Positions 55,895 through 64,000 of a stretch of DNA of 64,000 nt are shown here, piece by piece. Origin of the DNA: an uncultured delta proteobacterium. GTDB lineage: Bacteria > Myxococcota > Myxococcia > Myxococcales > Myxococcaceae. The stretch spans positions 192,001 to 256,000 of the forward strand of contig CAVYSY010000030.1 in the NCBI GenBank assembly GCA_963771175.1. The letters are read 5' to 3'. The notes beneath the pieces are model-generated. The model did not search any database, was not told the origin of the DNA, and worked only from the letters and a program-made list of their open reading frames with translations. The first letter of the stretch is position 1; each line of letters begins with the position of its first letter. The position numbers and the translations under genes were made by a program.

Positions 55895-55931
55895 TGATAG
55901 CGTTTCATCGCTGAAAGCGTTTACAAACGCT
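55895..55931. promoter_or_regulatory. Tandem LacI/CcpA-type operator-like sites in an AT-rich intergenic region
   Basis: TGATAGCGTTTCA at 55895 and TGAAAGCGTTTACA at 55912; overlapping perfect IR AGCGTTT-AC-AAACGCT at 55916-55931. Confidence 0.5.
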
Positions 55932-56174
55932 GACATCAGCGTGTGCTCCCGGTGCAATCCAACAATGGCGGTGGATGGACGCCGAGAGCACGGGTAGCCC
56001 GTGGGGCTGACAGGCGTCCCTGAAACAATTAGGATAGTCATTGCTCAGCCGGGCTGATTCCTGCCAGCGGGGTGACTCGGGCCCGTGAGTATTGGCGGAC
56101 CCTTGGGTGGGTAAAGCCAGACACCTGGCAGCGGGAAATCGACGCGAAGAGCTCGGCACAAGGGGGTCAGGGGA

Positions 56175-56810
56175 ATGAGCAGCGCAGCCACCGCATGGAA
56201 TGTCGCACCGCAAGCCTGGAGCATGGTTCCCCAGGGCGGGAAGCAGGAGTGGGGGCAGCGCATGGCGCTGGCCACCTCGGAGGACATCGTTCGCGGGCTC
56301 TTCTCCCAGAGCGTCCTGAAGTCCATCCGGGCCCTCGGGGACGAGGCCCTGGCGAGGCGCTGCTCCACCGAGTGCGGGCAGGATCGCTTCGTTGAATATT
56401 TCAGCTACCCCATCCGATTACACCTGCAGATGATTTCCGCCGCGATGCCGGTGCTGGCGGCGCGTCATGGGGATGCCGAGCAGGCCCTGTGGCTGCTGGG
56501 GCACTGCGTGGCGATGGACTTCCTGGACTCGGAGGCGGGCAGGACCATGCAGGTGCTGGTGCGGGGGGAGCCGAAGCGGCTGGTGAACAACCTGCCGTCG
56601 ACCTACCAGGTGGCGGTGCCCGGGGAGCGCTCGGTGAAGTGGCTGGGGCCGCAGTCCTGCCGCTTCATCATGAGGCGCGACTTCATGCCCGCGTCGTTCC
56701 ACGAGGGTATGCTGGTGGCGATGCTGGAGCGGTTGAATGCCAGCAAGGTGAAGGTGGTCGGTCGTCAGACGGGCCTGCTCGACAGCGAGTACGACATCTC
56801 CTGGCAGTGA
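56175..56810 (+). CDS. DUF2378 / TIGR02265 family protein
   Basis: QRMALAT.ED.VRGLF, YFSYP, LPSTY, FMPASFHEGML, SEYDISW; paralog of 55183-55809. Confidence 0.88.
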   Translation: MSSAATAWNVAPQAWSMVPQGGKQEWGQRMALATSEDIVRGLFSQSVLKSIRALGDEALARRCSTECGQDRFVEYFSYPIRLHLQMISAAMPVLAARHGDAEQALWLLGHCVAMDFLDSEAGRTMQVLVRGEPKRLVNNLPSTYQVAVPGERSVKWLGPQSCRFIMRRDFMPASFHEGMLVAMLERLNASKVKVVGRQTGLLDSEYDISWQ

Positions 56811-56846
56811 GTCGCGGGGGGCGGCGGGCGGCTACACTCCGCCTCC

Positions 56847-58094
56847 GTGGACCCCACTTCCCTGGAGCACCTCCGCCGCAAGGTGGAGGCTGGAGAGACA
56901 CTGAGTGAGCCGGAGCTGGACGCGCTCCGCTCCGCGGCGCGAGAGACGCCGGGGCCCATGCCGCGGCTCGCCGTGGCGCATGCGCTGGTGAACGCGGGCG
57001 CGGAGCGCGAGGCCCTGCCCCTGCTGGAGTCGCTCCGGCGCGACTTCCCAAAGGACGTGCAGGTGCGGCTGGGACTGGCGCGGGCGCTGCTCGGGCTGGA
57101 GCGGATGGGGGATGGGGAGGCCGTGCTGCGCGAGGCCCTCGTCCTCAACCCGGGAGACCCCGAGGCCCTCAAGGTGCTCGCGGTGCTGGCCCTGCGGCGA
57201 GGCGAGCACGGCCGGGCCCGGGCGTATGTGGCGGAGGCGCTGGAGAGGGACCCGTTCGACCCGGAGGCGCGGCTGCTCAAGGAGGAGCTGGAGGCCGCGG
57301 ACGTGCCACCTCCGCCCTCGCCCCGTGCCCAGGCGCTGCGCCCCGAGTTCACCGCCGCGCTGCTGGCCGCGCTCCACCGCGCCGGGGTGGCGTGCCGGCG
57401 GCAGGGGGGTGCATTGCTGGTGAAGCTCGCCTCGGGCGAGGTGGGGCGGGTGGACGTGGCCTCGCTCTATGCCGACTACCAGGACGGCGCGAGGGACCTG
57501 GCCGCGTACGTGGAGGGGCTGGTGGCGCAGCTCCGGGGGCTGTCCGGGAGCGCCGGGGATGCGCGCGCCCTGGAGTCCCGGCTGCGACCGGTGCTGAGGC
57601 CCGCCGGCTTCGAGTCCCAGGCGGTGGGCGCGCTCCACCGGCCGGGGCCCGCGGGGCTCGAGGTCTTCTACGTGCTGGAGGACGCGGAGCTGCTGCGCTA
57701 CCTGCCCACGGCGGCGCTCGGGCCCGGGGGGCTCTCCGCCGAGGCGGTGGACGCGGTGGCCTGGCGCAACCTCGAGGCGCACCCCGCGTCGGTGAGGCCG
57801 GTGGTGGTCGACGAGGGACAGGTGGTGCTCGCGGAGAGCTTCAGCGGGCTGTGGGCCGTGGCCGGAGGGGATGGGTACGACGCCGCCCGGCTCCTCACGG
57901 CGGAGCAGCGCGAGCGGCTCGTGCTGCACGCGGGAGAGGTGCCCCTGCGCGTCCACCTGGGCTGGCGGGAGTTCGCGCTGGTGTGCCGCGAGTCGGACGG
58001 GCCCGCCTGTGAGTCACTGGCCCGCCTGGGCAGTGCCCCGGACGGGATTGCCGGCCTCTTCCGGCTCGGGGCCGGCGGGCTCGAGCGGCTCTGA
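56847..58094 (+). CDS. Tetratricopeptide repeat protein with a C-terminal domain of unknown function (DUF1444-like)
   Basis: TPR helices (A.AL...G...EAL, LREAL.LNPGD.EAL); C-terminal AVA.RNL...GDGYDAARLL. Confidence 0.7.
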   Translation: MDPTSLEHLRRKVEAGETLSEPELDALRSAARETPGPMPRLAVAHALVNAGAEREALPLLESLRRDFPKDVQVRLGLARALLGLERMGDGEAVLREALVLNPGDPEALKVLAVLALRRGEHGRARAYVAEALERDPFDPEARLLKEELEAADVPPPPSPRAQALRPEFTAALLAALHRAGVACRRQGGALLVKLASGEVGRVDVASLYADYQDGARDLAAYVEGLVAQLRGLSGSAGDARALESRLRPVLRPAGFESQAVGALHRPGPAGLEVFYVLEDAELLRYLPTAALGPGGLSAEAVDAVAWRNLEAHPASVRPVVVDEGQVVLAESFSGLWAVAGGDGYDAARLLTAEQRERLVLHAGEVPLRVHLGWREFALVCRESDGPACESLARLGSAPDGIAGLFRLGAGGLERL

Positions 58095-58095
58095 A

Positions 58096-58716
58096 TCACC
58101 CGGCGGTGGCCGGAGGCGGCAGCACGTCCACCACGTTCACCTCGCGGAAGCCCACCGAGAGGAACAGCACGCGCAGGGTGTTCTCCGCCGAGCGCCGCGC
58201 CCGCTCCTTCAGGCGGGCATCGCCCTTCACCTCGCGCTCGAAGGCCTCGCGGGCCTTCTCCAGCAGCAGCGTCGTCTGCGCGCTGTCCAGGTTGGAGCCG
58301 ATGACCTCGGTCTCCCCCGGCTTGAGCTCCACCTTCACCTCCAGCGGTGGGAGGGCCACGTCCACGCGCGTGCCCTGGACGCGCAGCGAGGAGCCGTCGA
58401 GCCGGCCGAAGTCATACCCGAGGTGCACGTCCGCGAAGACGATGGCCCGGCCGCGCGGCGTATTGATGGAGTAGGCCGCCCAGTTGATGACGTCCTTCCA
58501 GAGCGAGTTCGTCGCCTGGGGCTCGGGGGAGAACTCGACCTTCTTGTAGAGGGACACGTCGAGCGTCTCCAGCCGGGCCACCTCGCGCACGCGGGTGACG
58601 AGCGCCGGCGTATCGGGCAGGGCAGGGGGCTTGGGCCGGAGCAACAGGAATGCCCCCACGGCCCCGGCGGCCAGGGCGATGAGGAGGAACAACACCCGCA
58701 GGAGGAGGCGCACCAT
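58096..58716 (-). CDS. DUF4230 domain protein
   Basis: N-terminal TM; VREVARLET, V.ADV.LG.D, V.LPP, A...AE..L..L...GF..V.V. Confidence 0.85.
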   Translation of the reverse strand: MVRLLLRVLFLLIALAAGAVGAFLLLRPKPPALPDTPALVTRVREVARLETLDVSLYKKVEFSPEPQATNSLWKDVINWAAYSINTPRGRAIVFADVHLGYDFGRLDGSSLRVQGTRVDVALPPLEVKVELKPGETEVIGSNLDSAQTTLLLEKAREAFEREVKGDARLKERARRSAENTLRVLFLSVGFREVNVVDVLPPPATAG

Positions 58717-58758
58717 GGGCCGCCATTCTAGTCGTTGTGGGGTAGGGTTCGCCGCGCC

Positions 58759-59370
58759 ATGGCCTTCACGTCCCTTGCGGATGAAGAAATCCAGTCACTC
58801 GGTGAGCGGGGGTGGTTCACCCGTGAGTCCTTCCTCGGGGAGGCGGATGCTCGGGCCGTCCACGCCGAGGCGAAGGCGCGTGTCGAGGCGGGCCTGCTGC
58901 GTCCCGCGGGCATCCGCCGCGGCGCGGACCACACGCTGGACCGGGACACGCGCGGCGACTTCATCACCTGGGTGACCCCGGAGGAGCAGGGCTCGGCGAT
59001 CGCCCGGCTGCGGGATGCCTTCGCCGCGCTCGGGGAGACGCTGTCGGCCGAGGCGTACCTGGGGCTCGGGCGCTTCGACCTGCAGCTCGGCTGGTATCCG
59101 GGTGAGGGGGCTCGGTACGCGCGCCATTTCGATGCCTTCCCCGGCCAGTCCAACCGGCGCGTCACCGCCATCTACTACCTCAACCCGGACTGGGTGCCCG
59201 CCCACGGGGGCCTGCTGCGCATCTACCCCGAAGGTGGACCCGTGGACATGGAGCCCACACTGGACCGGCTGGTGGTGTTCCTCAGCGAGCGCATCGAGCA
59301 CGAGGTGCTGCCCGCGCACGGCCCCCGGCTCGCGCTCACCGCGTGGTTCTACGGGCGCGGCACGGGGTGA
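58759..59370 (+). CDS. 2OG-Fe(II) oxygenase, prolyl-hydroxylase (PHD/EGL-9)-like
   Basis: RGD.I.W, YPG.G..Y.RH.D, RRVT.IYYLN.DW...GG.L, P..DRLV.F.S....HEV.P....R.A.T.W. Confidence 0.9.
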   Translation: MAFTSLADEEIQSLGERGWFTRESFLGEADARAVHAEAKARVEAGLLRPAGIRRGADHTLDRDTRGDFITWVTPEEQGSAIARLRDAFAALGETLSAEAYLGLGRFDLQLGWYPGEGARYARHFDAFPGQSNRRVTAIYYLNPDWVPAHGGLLRIYPEGGPVDMEPTLDRLVVFLSERIEHEVLPAHGPRLALTAWFYGRGTG

Positions 59371-59478
59371 GCGGGGCTCAGCCCTGGGCGAGGGTGACGA
59401 GGACGCGGGTGCGAGACGGGTCCCGGCACGGGGCCCCCCAGGCAGCGTGGTGTTGAGGCGTAAGCTGCTGGACCACCT

Positions 59479-60834
59479 ATGTCACCCAATCCTCGTGCCG
59501 TGACCCTGACTCTCACCGCGGTGCTGCTGGGCCTGCTCTTCATCCACGCCCAACCCACGCCGCTGCGCTCGGATGCCATCAATCTCGTCCTCGGAGACGA
59601 GGCGCTTCATGCCGCCTACGGCCATCATCCGCCCGCGGACTCGAGTGAGGACGACCTCATCCGCACCCACCTCGAATACGTGCTCGCGCTCCTGCGACGG
59701 CGCCCCATGGACGAGGTGGAGCCGCGGTTGAGGGCCGCGCGGCTGCGGCAACTCGAGCGGCTGGAGCGCTACATCCGCGGGGGCGTGTATCCGCGAAACG
59801 ATGACCACCCGGATCCGCGACGGCCGACGTTCATCGACTCGCGCGGCCGCATCTGCGCGGTCGGCTTCCTGCTTGAGCAGGACCTCGGTCGCGCGGCGGC
59901 CGAGGCGATCGCCGCGACCGACAAGTACAGCTTCATCCGTGAGATTGATTCACCGCTGCTGCTCCAGTGGGCCTCGGCCTCCGGTCTGTCCATGGAGGAG
60001 ATCGAGATGATCCAGCCGTCGTACACGTACGCCATGCCCGGATCGATCTCGACCTTCGTGTCGCTGGACCGCTTCGAGGCCCAGCCTCGCGCGGTGCTCT
60101 CGGTGGCCGTCCCGCCGCGGAGCGAGGAGGGGCTCTCCCTTCGTGGCGACCTGTTCGTCCAGGGTCTCCTCGAGGACCCGGTCCATTATTCTCTCCAGGT
60201 CGCTCCCTACGTACAGGGCATGATCGATCTGCAGGCGGCGAGCACGGGGGCGCACCTCCACCCGGGAAATGTCGAGATCGGAGCGGTGAGCCTCTTCTCC
60301 GGCTGGCTGCAGAGTTCCTCGCTTCAGGTGCGGACGGGTGTCTTCTTCCCCATCCCGCCCAACGACGGCGGAGGCCGAAGCTTCGTCTCCCAGCGCCTGG
60401 GAGATGCCGTGCTCGGCATGCCCGGCGCTTACGGCGGGCGGCTGAGTCTCTCCCTTCGGCGGGAAACCCCCAACAGCCAGTGGCGCGAGGAGAGCTCGAG
60501 CGCCATCTTCTGGCGAGTGGATTTCGGTCTGGACCTCTACCGCGGGAGCGCGGGAGGTTTCGAGCTCGCCTCCCGAGCGGGCTTCGGACTGGGGTTGCGC
60601 CTCCCGTACATGGCCTTCACCGCGGAGGCGACGACCGCTCGCAGTGCGACGGCCGTCACCGAGGACGTGGCGCGGCGGTTCGCGTTCGCCACCTCGGCCC
60701 GCTTCATTCCTCCCGAGGGGCTTGGGCCTCTCACACACCTGCGTCCGGCGATCGCGCTGACAACGCCCCTTGGCAGACAGAGCGGGCCGGTGAGCCTCGG
60801 CATCGACCTGCTGCTGCTGGAGAGTCCTCTCTGA
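59479..60834 (+). CDS. Exported hypothetical protein: conserved-looking N-terminal domain plus beta-rich C-terminal domain
   Basis: Signal-like N-terminus; I.THL..V...L, Y...G.YPRN......PTFID..G.ICAVG.L, GLS.EE..MIQP.Y; alternating beta strands downstream. Confidence 0.7.
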   Translation: MSPNPRAVTLTLTAVLLGLLFIHAQPTPLRSDAINLVLGDEALHAAYGHHPPADSSEDDLIRTHLEYVLALLRRRPMDEVEPRLRAARLRQLERLERYIRGGVYPRNDDHPDPRRPTFIDSRGRICAVGFLLEQDLGRAAAEAIAATDKYSFIREIDSPLLLQWASASGLSMEEIEMIQPSYTYAMPGSISTFVSLDRFEAQPRAVLSVAVPPRSEEGLSLRGDLFVQGLLEDPVHYSLQVAPYVQGMIDLQAASTGAHLHPGNVEIGAVSLFSGWLQSSSLQVRTGVFFPIPPNDGGGRSFVSQRLGDAVLGMPGAYGGRLSLSLRRETPNSQWREESSSAIFWRVDFGLDLYRGSAGGFELASRAGFGLGLRLPYMAFTAEATTARSATAVTEDVARRFAFATSARFIPPEGLGPLTHLRPAIALTTPLGRQSGPVSLGIDLLLLESPL

Positions 60835-61056
60835 ACCCATGCAGAGCGGGAAGGTGGGGCTCCCCCAATCAGGTAAGTTCACGTGGGAGCAGCAGTTGCT
60901 CGTCACGCCTTCCGCGAAATGAAGGCGCGGCGGTGGCGACAACGCCTCGAGCAGACGCGAGTTTCGGCGGGCCCTGAACCCAGGAGGTGTCCCGAGGGCT
61001 TTGCGCTGACGTGGTTCCTGGCGGTAACTTCGATCAGCCCTCGAGAGGAATCACGT

Positions 61057-61893
61057 ATGGCCCTGAAGAAGTGGCTTGGTTTCGTTCTGGCCTCCTTGTC
61101 CTTGCAGCCCGCGTTCGCGAAGGATGGGCCGCCGAAGGAAAGGCCGTCTCAACTGCCGCTGCTGGTCATTGGCGCGTCATATTCCGAGGGTAAGACGCCC
61201 TTCGACAGCGGCGTGGCGCCGCTGGGCGGCGTGGCGGTCGGATTTGGCAGCTACTTGAGCCTGGGCCAGACGCTGACTCGCGACAAGCTGCTGCCGGGGT
61301 TCGTGATCAACGAAGCTCAGGCCGGGGCCACCACCTTCGCCCGGCCCGCCTGCGCTCCGGGTTCAGCCACGTGTGGGCCGGCTGGCTGGGAGAGCTACCA
61401 GACCCAGCTACAGAAGGCGTTGTCGCGTGTGGCGCTGCCGCCGACCTTCACCCGGTACAACGCGAAGTACGTGGTCATCACGACGCCCAACGACTGCCTG
61501 CATGCCGACGCCTTCGGCATCCCGCAGTCGCAGTCGCAGCCTTGTTCGTATGAGCAGATGAACGAGATGGTCGACAGGCTGATCGCAGTGGGCAACCAGG
61601 CGCTTTCACAGGGCCTCACGCCGGTCTACGACATGCACCCGCCCTATGACCGGCTGGAGCTGAACCTGTTCAAGAGTCTGTTCGGCCTGGCCTGGGTGAT
61701 CAGCCAGAACGACTACGACACCCTCAGGACCGTCACCCGCGGCCGCATCGCGGCGGAGCTGCCCAATGCCATCGTGCTCGACATCTGGAAGGACCTCGTG
61801 CACATCGGCGACGGCATACATCCGAATGACGAGTCGACGCGCAAGGCGGCGCACATCATTGCCAATGAGCTGGTGAGGCGGGACGGTACGTAG
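61057..61893 (+). CDS. Secreted SGNH/GDSL hydrolase
   Basis: GAGGA RBS; signal ending AFA-K; IGASYS (block I), NEAQAGAT (block II), PND (block III), DGIHPN (block V). Confidence 0.85.
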   Translation: MALKKWLGFVLASLSLQPAFAKDGPPKERPSQLPLLVIGASYSEGKTPFDSGVAPLGGVAVGFGSYLSLGQTLTRDKLLPGFVINEAQAGATTFARPACAPGSATCGPAGWESYQTQLQKALSRVALPPTFTRYNAKYVVITTPNDCLHADAFGIPQSQSQPCSYEQMNEMVDRLIAVGNQALSQGLTPVYDMHPPYDRLELNLFKSLFGLAWVISQNDYDTLRTVTRGRIAAELPNAIVLDIWKDLVHIGDGIHPNDESTRKAAHIIANELVRRDGT

Positions 61894-62017
61894 GCCGGAT
61901 GGGGGCGCTATTCGGGTTGTTGTTGATGCAGGTGGTTCCCGCAGGAGAGGGTGTCAAAGAATTTGATCGACGTGAATTTTGGTCGAGGTCCATGCCCGTG
62001 ATGTAACCCGGGCTCAT

Positions 62018-64000
62018 ATGCGCTTTCTCTTGCATGTGTGCATCGCGCTGCATGTGCCCTGTCTGCTCCTGGCCTGTGCCCCGGCTTCGGAGGCTCCACG
62101 TGCCCACGCTGGCGGAGAGCCAGAGACGGCCCTGGAGCTGAGCCTCGCGGGAGTGGTCAGCCCGGCCGCCGCGCCCCCGGGGTGGAGCGCCGCGACCGGC
62201 ATGGGTTCGCTGCGATACCGGCACACGCTCACCCCGTTGCCCGATGGCAGGGTGCTCGCCACCGGTGGCCATAACGGCACCAGTGTCGTCGCCACCGCCG
62301 AGTTGTACGATCCGGCCTCCGGCACCTGGACCCCCACCGGTTCCATGGCCTCGGCGCGCTACCTGCACACCGCCACCCTGCTGCCCGATGGCAGGGTGCT
62401 CGTCACCGGCGGCCATAACGGTGCCAGTGTCGTCGCCACCGCCGAGCTGTACGACCCGGCTTCCGGCACCTGGAGCGCCACCGGCTCCATGGCCTCGGTG
62501 CGCTACTACGCCACCACCACCTCGCTGCCCGATGGCAGGGTGCTCGTCGCCGGCGGCATCGGCACCGCCGCTCTCGCCACCGCCGAGCTGTACGACCCGG
62601 CTTCCGGCACCTGGAGCGCCACCGGCTCCATGACCTCGGCGCGCCGTTCGCACGCCGCCACCCTGTTGCCCGATGGCAGGGTGCTCGTCGTCGGTGGCCA
62701 CAGCGGCACCAGTGTCGTCGCCACCGCCGAGCTGTACGAGCCGGCCTCCGGCACTTGGACCCCCACCGGCTCCATGGCCTCAGCGCGCTACGAGCACACC
62801 GCCCCCCTGCTGCCCGATGGCAGGGTGCTCGTCACCGGCGGCATCGGCACCGCCGCTCTCGCCACCGCCGAGCTGTACGACCCGGCTTCCGGCACCTGGA
62901 GCGCCACCGGCGCCATGGCCTCGGCGCGCTACTACCACACCGTCACCTCGCTACCCGATGGCAGGGTGCTCGTCACCGGTGGCTATACCACCGCCGGTCT
63001 CGCCACCGCCGAGCTGTACGACCCGGCTTCCGGCACCTGGAGCACTACCGGCTCCATGGCCTCGGCGCGCTACTACGCCGCCACCACCTCACTGTCCGAT
63101 GGCAGGGTGCTCGTCGTCGGCGGCAACAACGGCACCGCCGCTCTCGCCACCGCCGAGCTGTACGACCCCGCCGCCAGCACCTGGACCTCTGCCGGCTCCA
63201 TGGCCTCGGAGCACGGCTTCTCCACCGCCACCCTGCTCCCCAATGGCCAGGTGCTCGTCGCCGGTGGCACCCCTCACGCCGCCGCCGAGCTGTACGACCC
63301 CGCCTCCGGTTCCTGGAAGCCCGCTGGCTCCGCGCGCTCGCCGCGCAGCCATCACACCGCCACCCTGCTGCCTCATGGGCAGGTCCTCGTCACTGGCGGC
63401 ATCTCGAACTCCACGCTCCTGGCCACCTCCGAGTCGTATGATCCCACCACCGGCTCCTGGGCCTCCCTCGCCCCCCTGCGCTCGGCGCGTGGCGACCACA
63501 CCGCCACCTGGCTGCCCGGTGGCAGGGTGCTCGTCACCGGAGGCACCGATGGAACCGGGAGCCTCACCTCCTCCGAGCTGTACGATCCGGTCTCCGGTTC
63601 ATGGAACACCACCGGCGCCATGACCTCGCCGCGCTCCCTGCACACCGCCACCCTGCTGCCTGGAGGCAAGGTGCTCGTCGCGGGCGGAGTCACCGGCTTC
63701 AGCACCCTGGCCCTCACCGAGCGGTATGACCCGGCCACCGGCTCCTGGAACGCGAGCAACCCCATGACCTCGCCGCGCGCCCTGCACACCGCCACCCTGC
63801 TGCCGAACGGCAAGGTGCTCGTCACCGGTGGCCACAACGGCACCAGCGCCCTCGCCACCTCCCAACTCTACGACCCGGCCTCCGGCACCTGGGCGGCCAC
63901 CGGAGCCCTGTCCACGGCGCGTTTCCGGCACACCGCCACCCTGCTGCCCAATGGCAGGGTGCTCGTCACCGGCGGCGACAGCGACTCGGGCCCGCTCGAC
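62018..64000 (+). CDS. Kelch-repeat lipoprotein, partial (runs off the 3' edge; missing from the ORF track)
   Basis: My translation from ATG 62018: MRFLLHVCIALHVPCLLLAC (lipobox), then at least 13 repeats of R..HTATLLPDGRVLV.GG......ATAELYDPASGTW..TGSM. Confidence 0.92.
   Translation, partial: MRFLLHVCIALHVPCLLLACAPASEAPRAHAGGEPETALELSLAGVVSPAAAPPGWSAATGMGSLRYRHTLTPLPDGRVLATGGHNGTSVVATAELYDPASGTWTPTGSMASARYLHTATLLPDGRVLVTGGHNGASVVATAELYDPASGTWSATGSMASVRYYATTTSLPDGRVLVAGGIGTAALATAELYDPASGTWSATGSMTSARRSHAATLLPDGRVLVVGGHSGTSVVATAELYEPASGTWTPTGSMASARYEHTAPLLPDGRVLVTGGIGTAALATAELYDPASGTWSATGAMASARYYHTVTSLPDGRVLVTGGYTTAGLATAELYDPASGTWSTTGSMASARYYAATTSLSDGRVLVVGGNNGTAALATAELYDPAASTWTSAGSMASEHGFSTATLLPNGQVLVAGGTPHAAAELYDPASGSWKPAGSARSPRSHHTATLLPHGQVLVTGGISNSTLLATSESYDPTTGSWASLAPLRSARGDHTATWLPGGRVLVTGGTDGTGSLTSSELYDPVSGSWNTTGAMTSPRSLHTATLLPGGKVLVAGGVTGFSTLALTERYDPATGSWNASNPMTSPRALHTATLLPNGKVLVTGGHNGTSALATSQLYDPASGTWAATGALSTARFRHTATLLPNGRVLVTGGDSDSGPLD
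62241..64000 (+). repeat. Intragenic Kelch tandem repeats, period mostly 141-144 bp (one of 132 bp)
   Basis: ccgatggcagggtgctc-type anchors at 62241, 62385, 62529, 62670, 62814, 62955, 63096, then diverged anchors at 63240, 63372, 63516, 63660, 63804, 63948. Confidence 0.93.

Overview
A very GC-rich, gene-dense window that looks myxobacterial (Archangiaceae/Myxococcaceae-like). The evidence is three DUF2378/TIGR02265 genes, a Uma2 nuclease, a Ser/Thr kinase-AAA-GAF-His kinase hybrid, a stand-alone MshEN protein, a Kelch lipoprotein and many exported lipoproteins. About 54 CDSs are supported. I found no rRNA, tRNA, CRISPR array or IS element. Many ordinary genes carry single-base frameshifts (densest at ~28.9-30.6 kb and ~38.8-54.8 kb), most likely long-read assembly errors, so several ORF-track entries are chimeric and were re-stitched by eye. 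The most interesting region is 21.3-30.7 kb, a candidate system for harvesting external (prey-derived) polyhydroxybutyrate. It comprises a lipid-anchored PHB depolymerase, divergent from an operon of a PhaZ7/Lipase_2-like lipoprotein hydrolase, an unclassified outer-membrane beta-barrel and 3-hydroxybutyrate dehydrogenase. A converging unit adds a second secreted Ser-hydrolase and an MHS transporter, and the divergent promoter holds two different tandem palindromic operator pairs. Also notable are a CHAP-like + 6xLysM + GH19 wall hydrolase, a PhcB-like methyltransferase beside a giant kinase and a fatty-acid hydroxylase, a double-hotdog orphan, and LacI-type operators before a DUF2378 gene. 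All family calls come from motif recognition by eye, without database searches.
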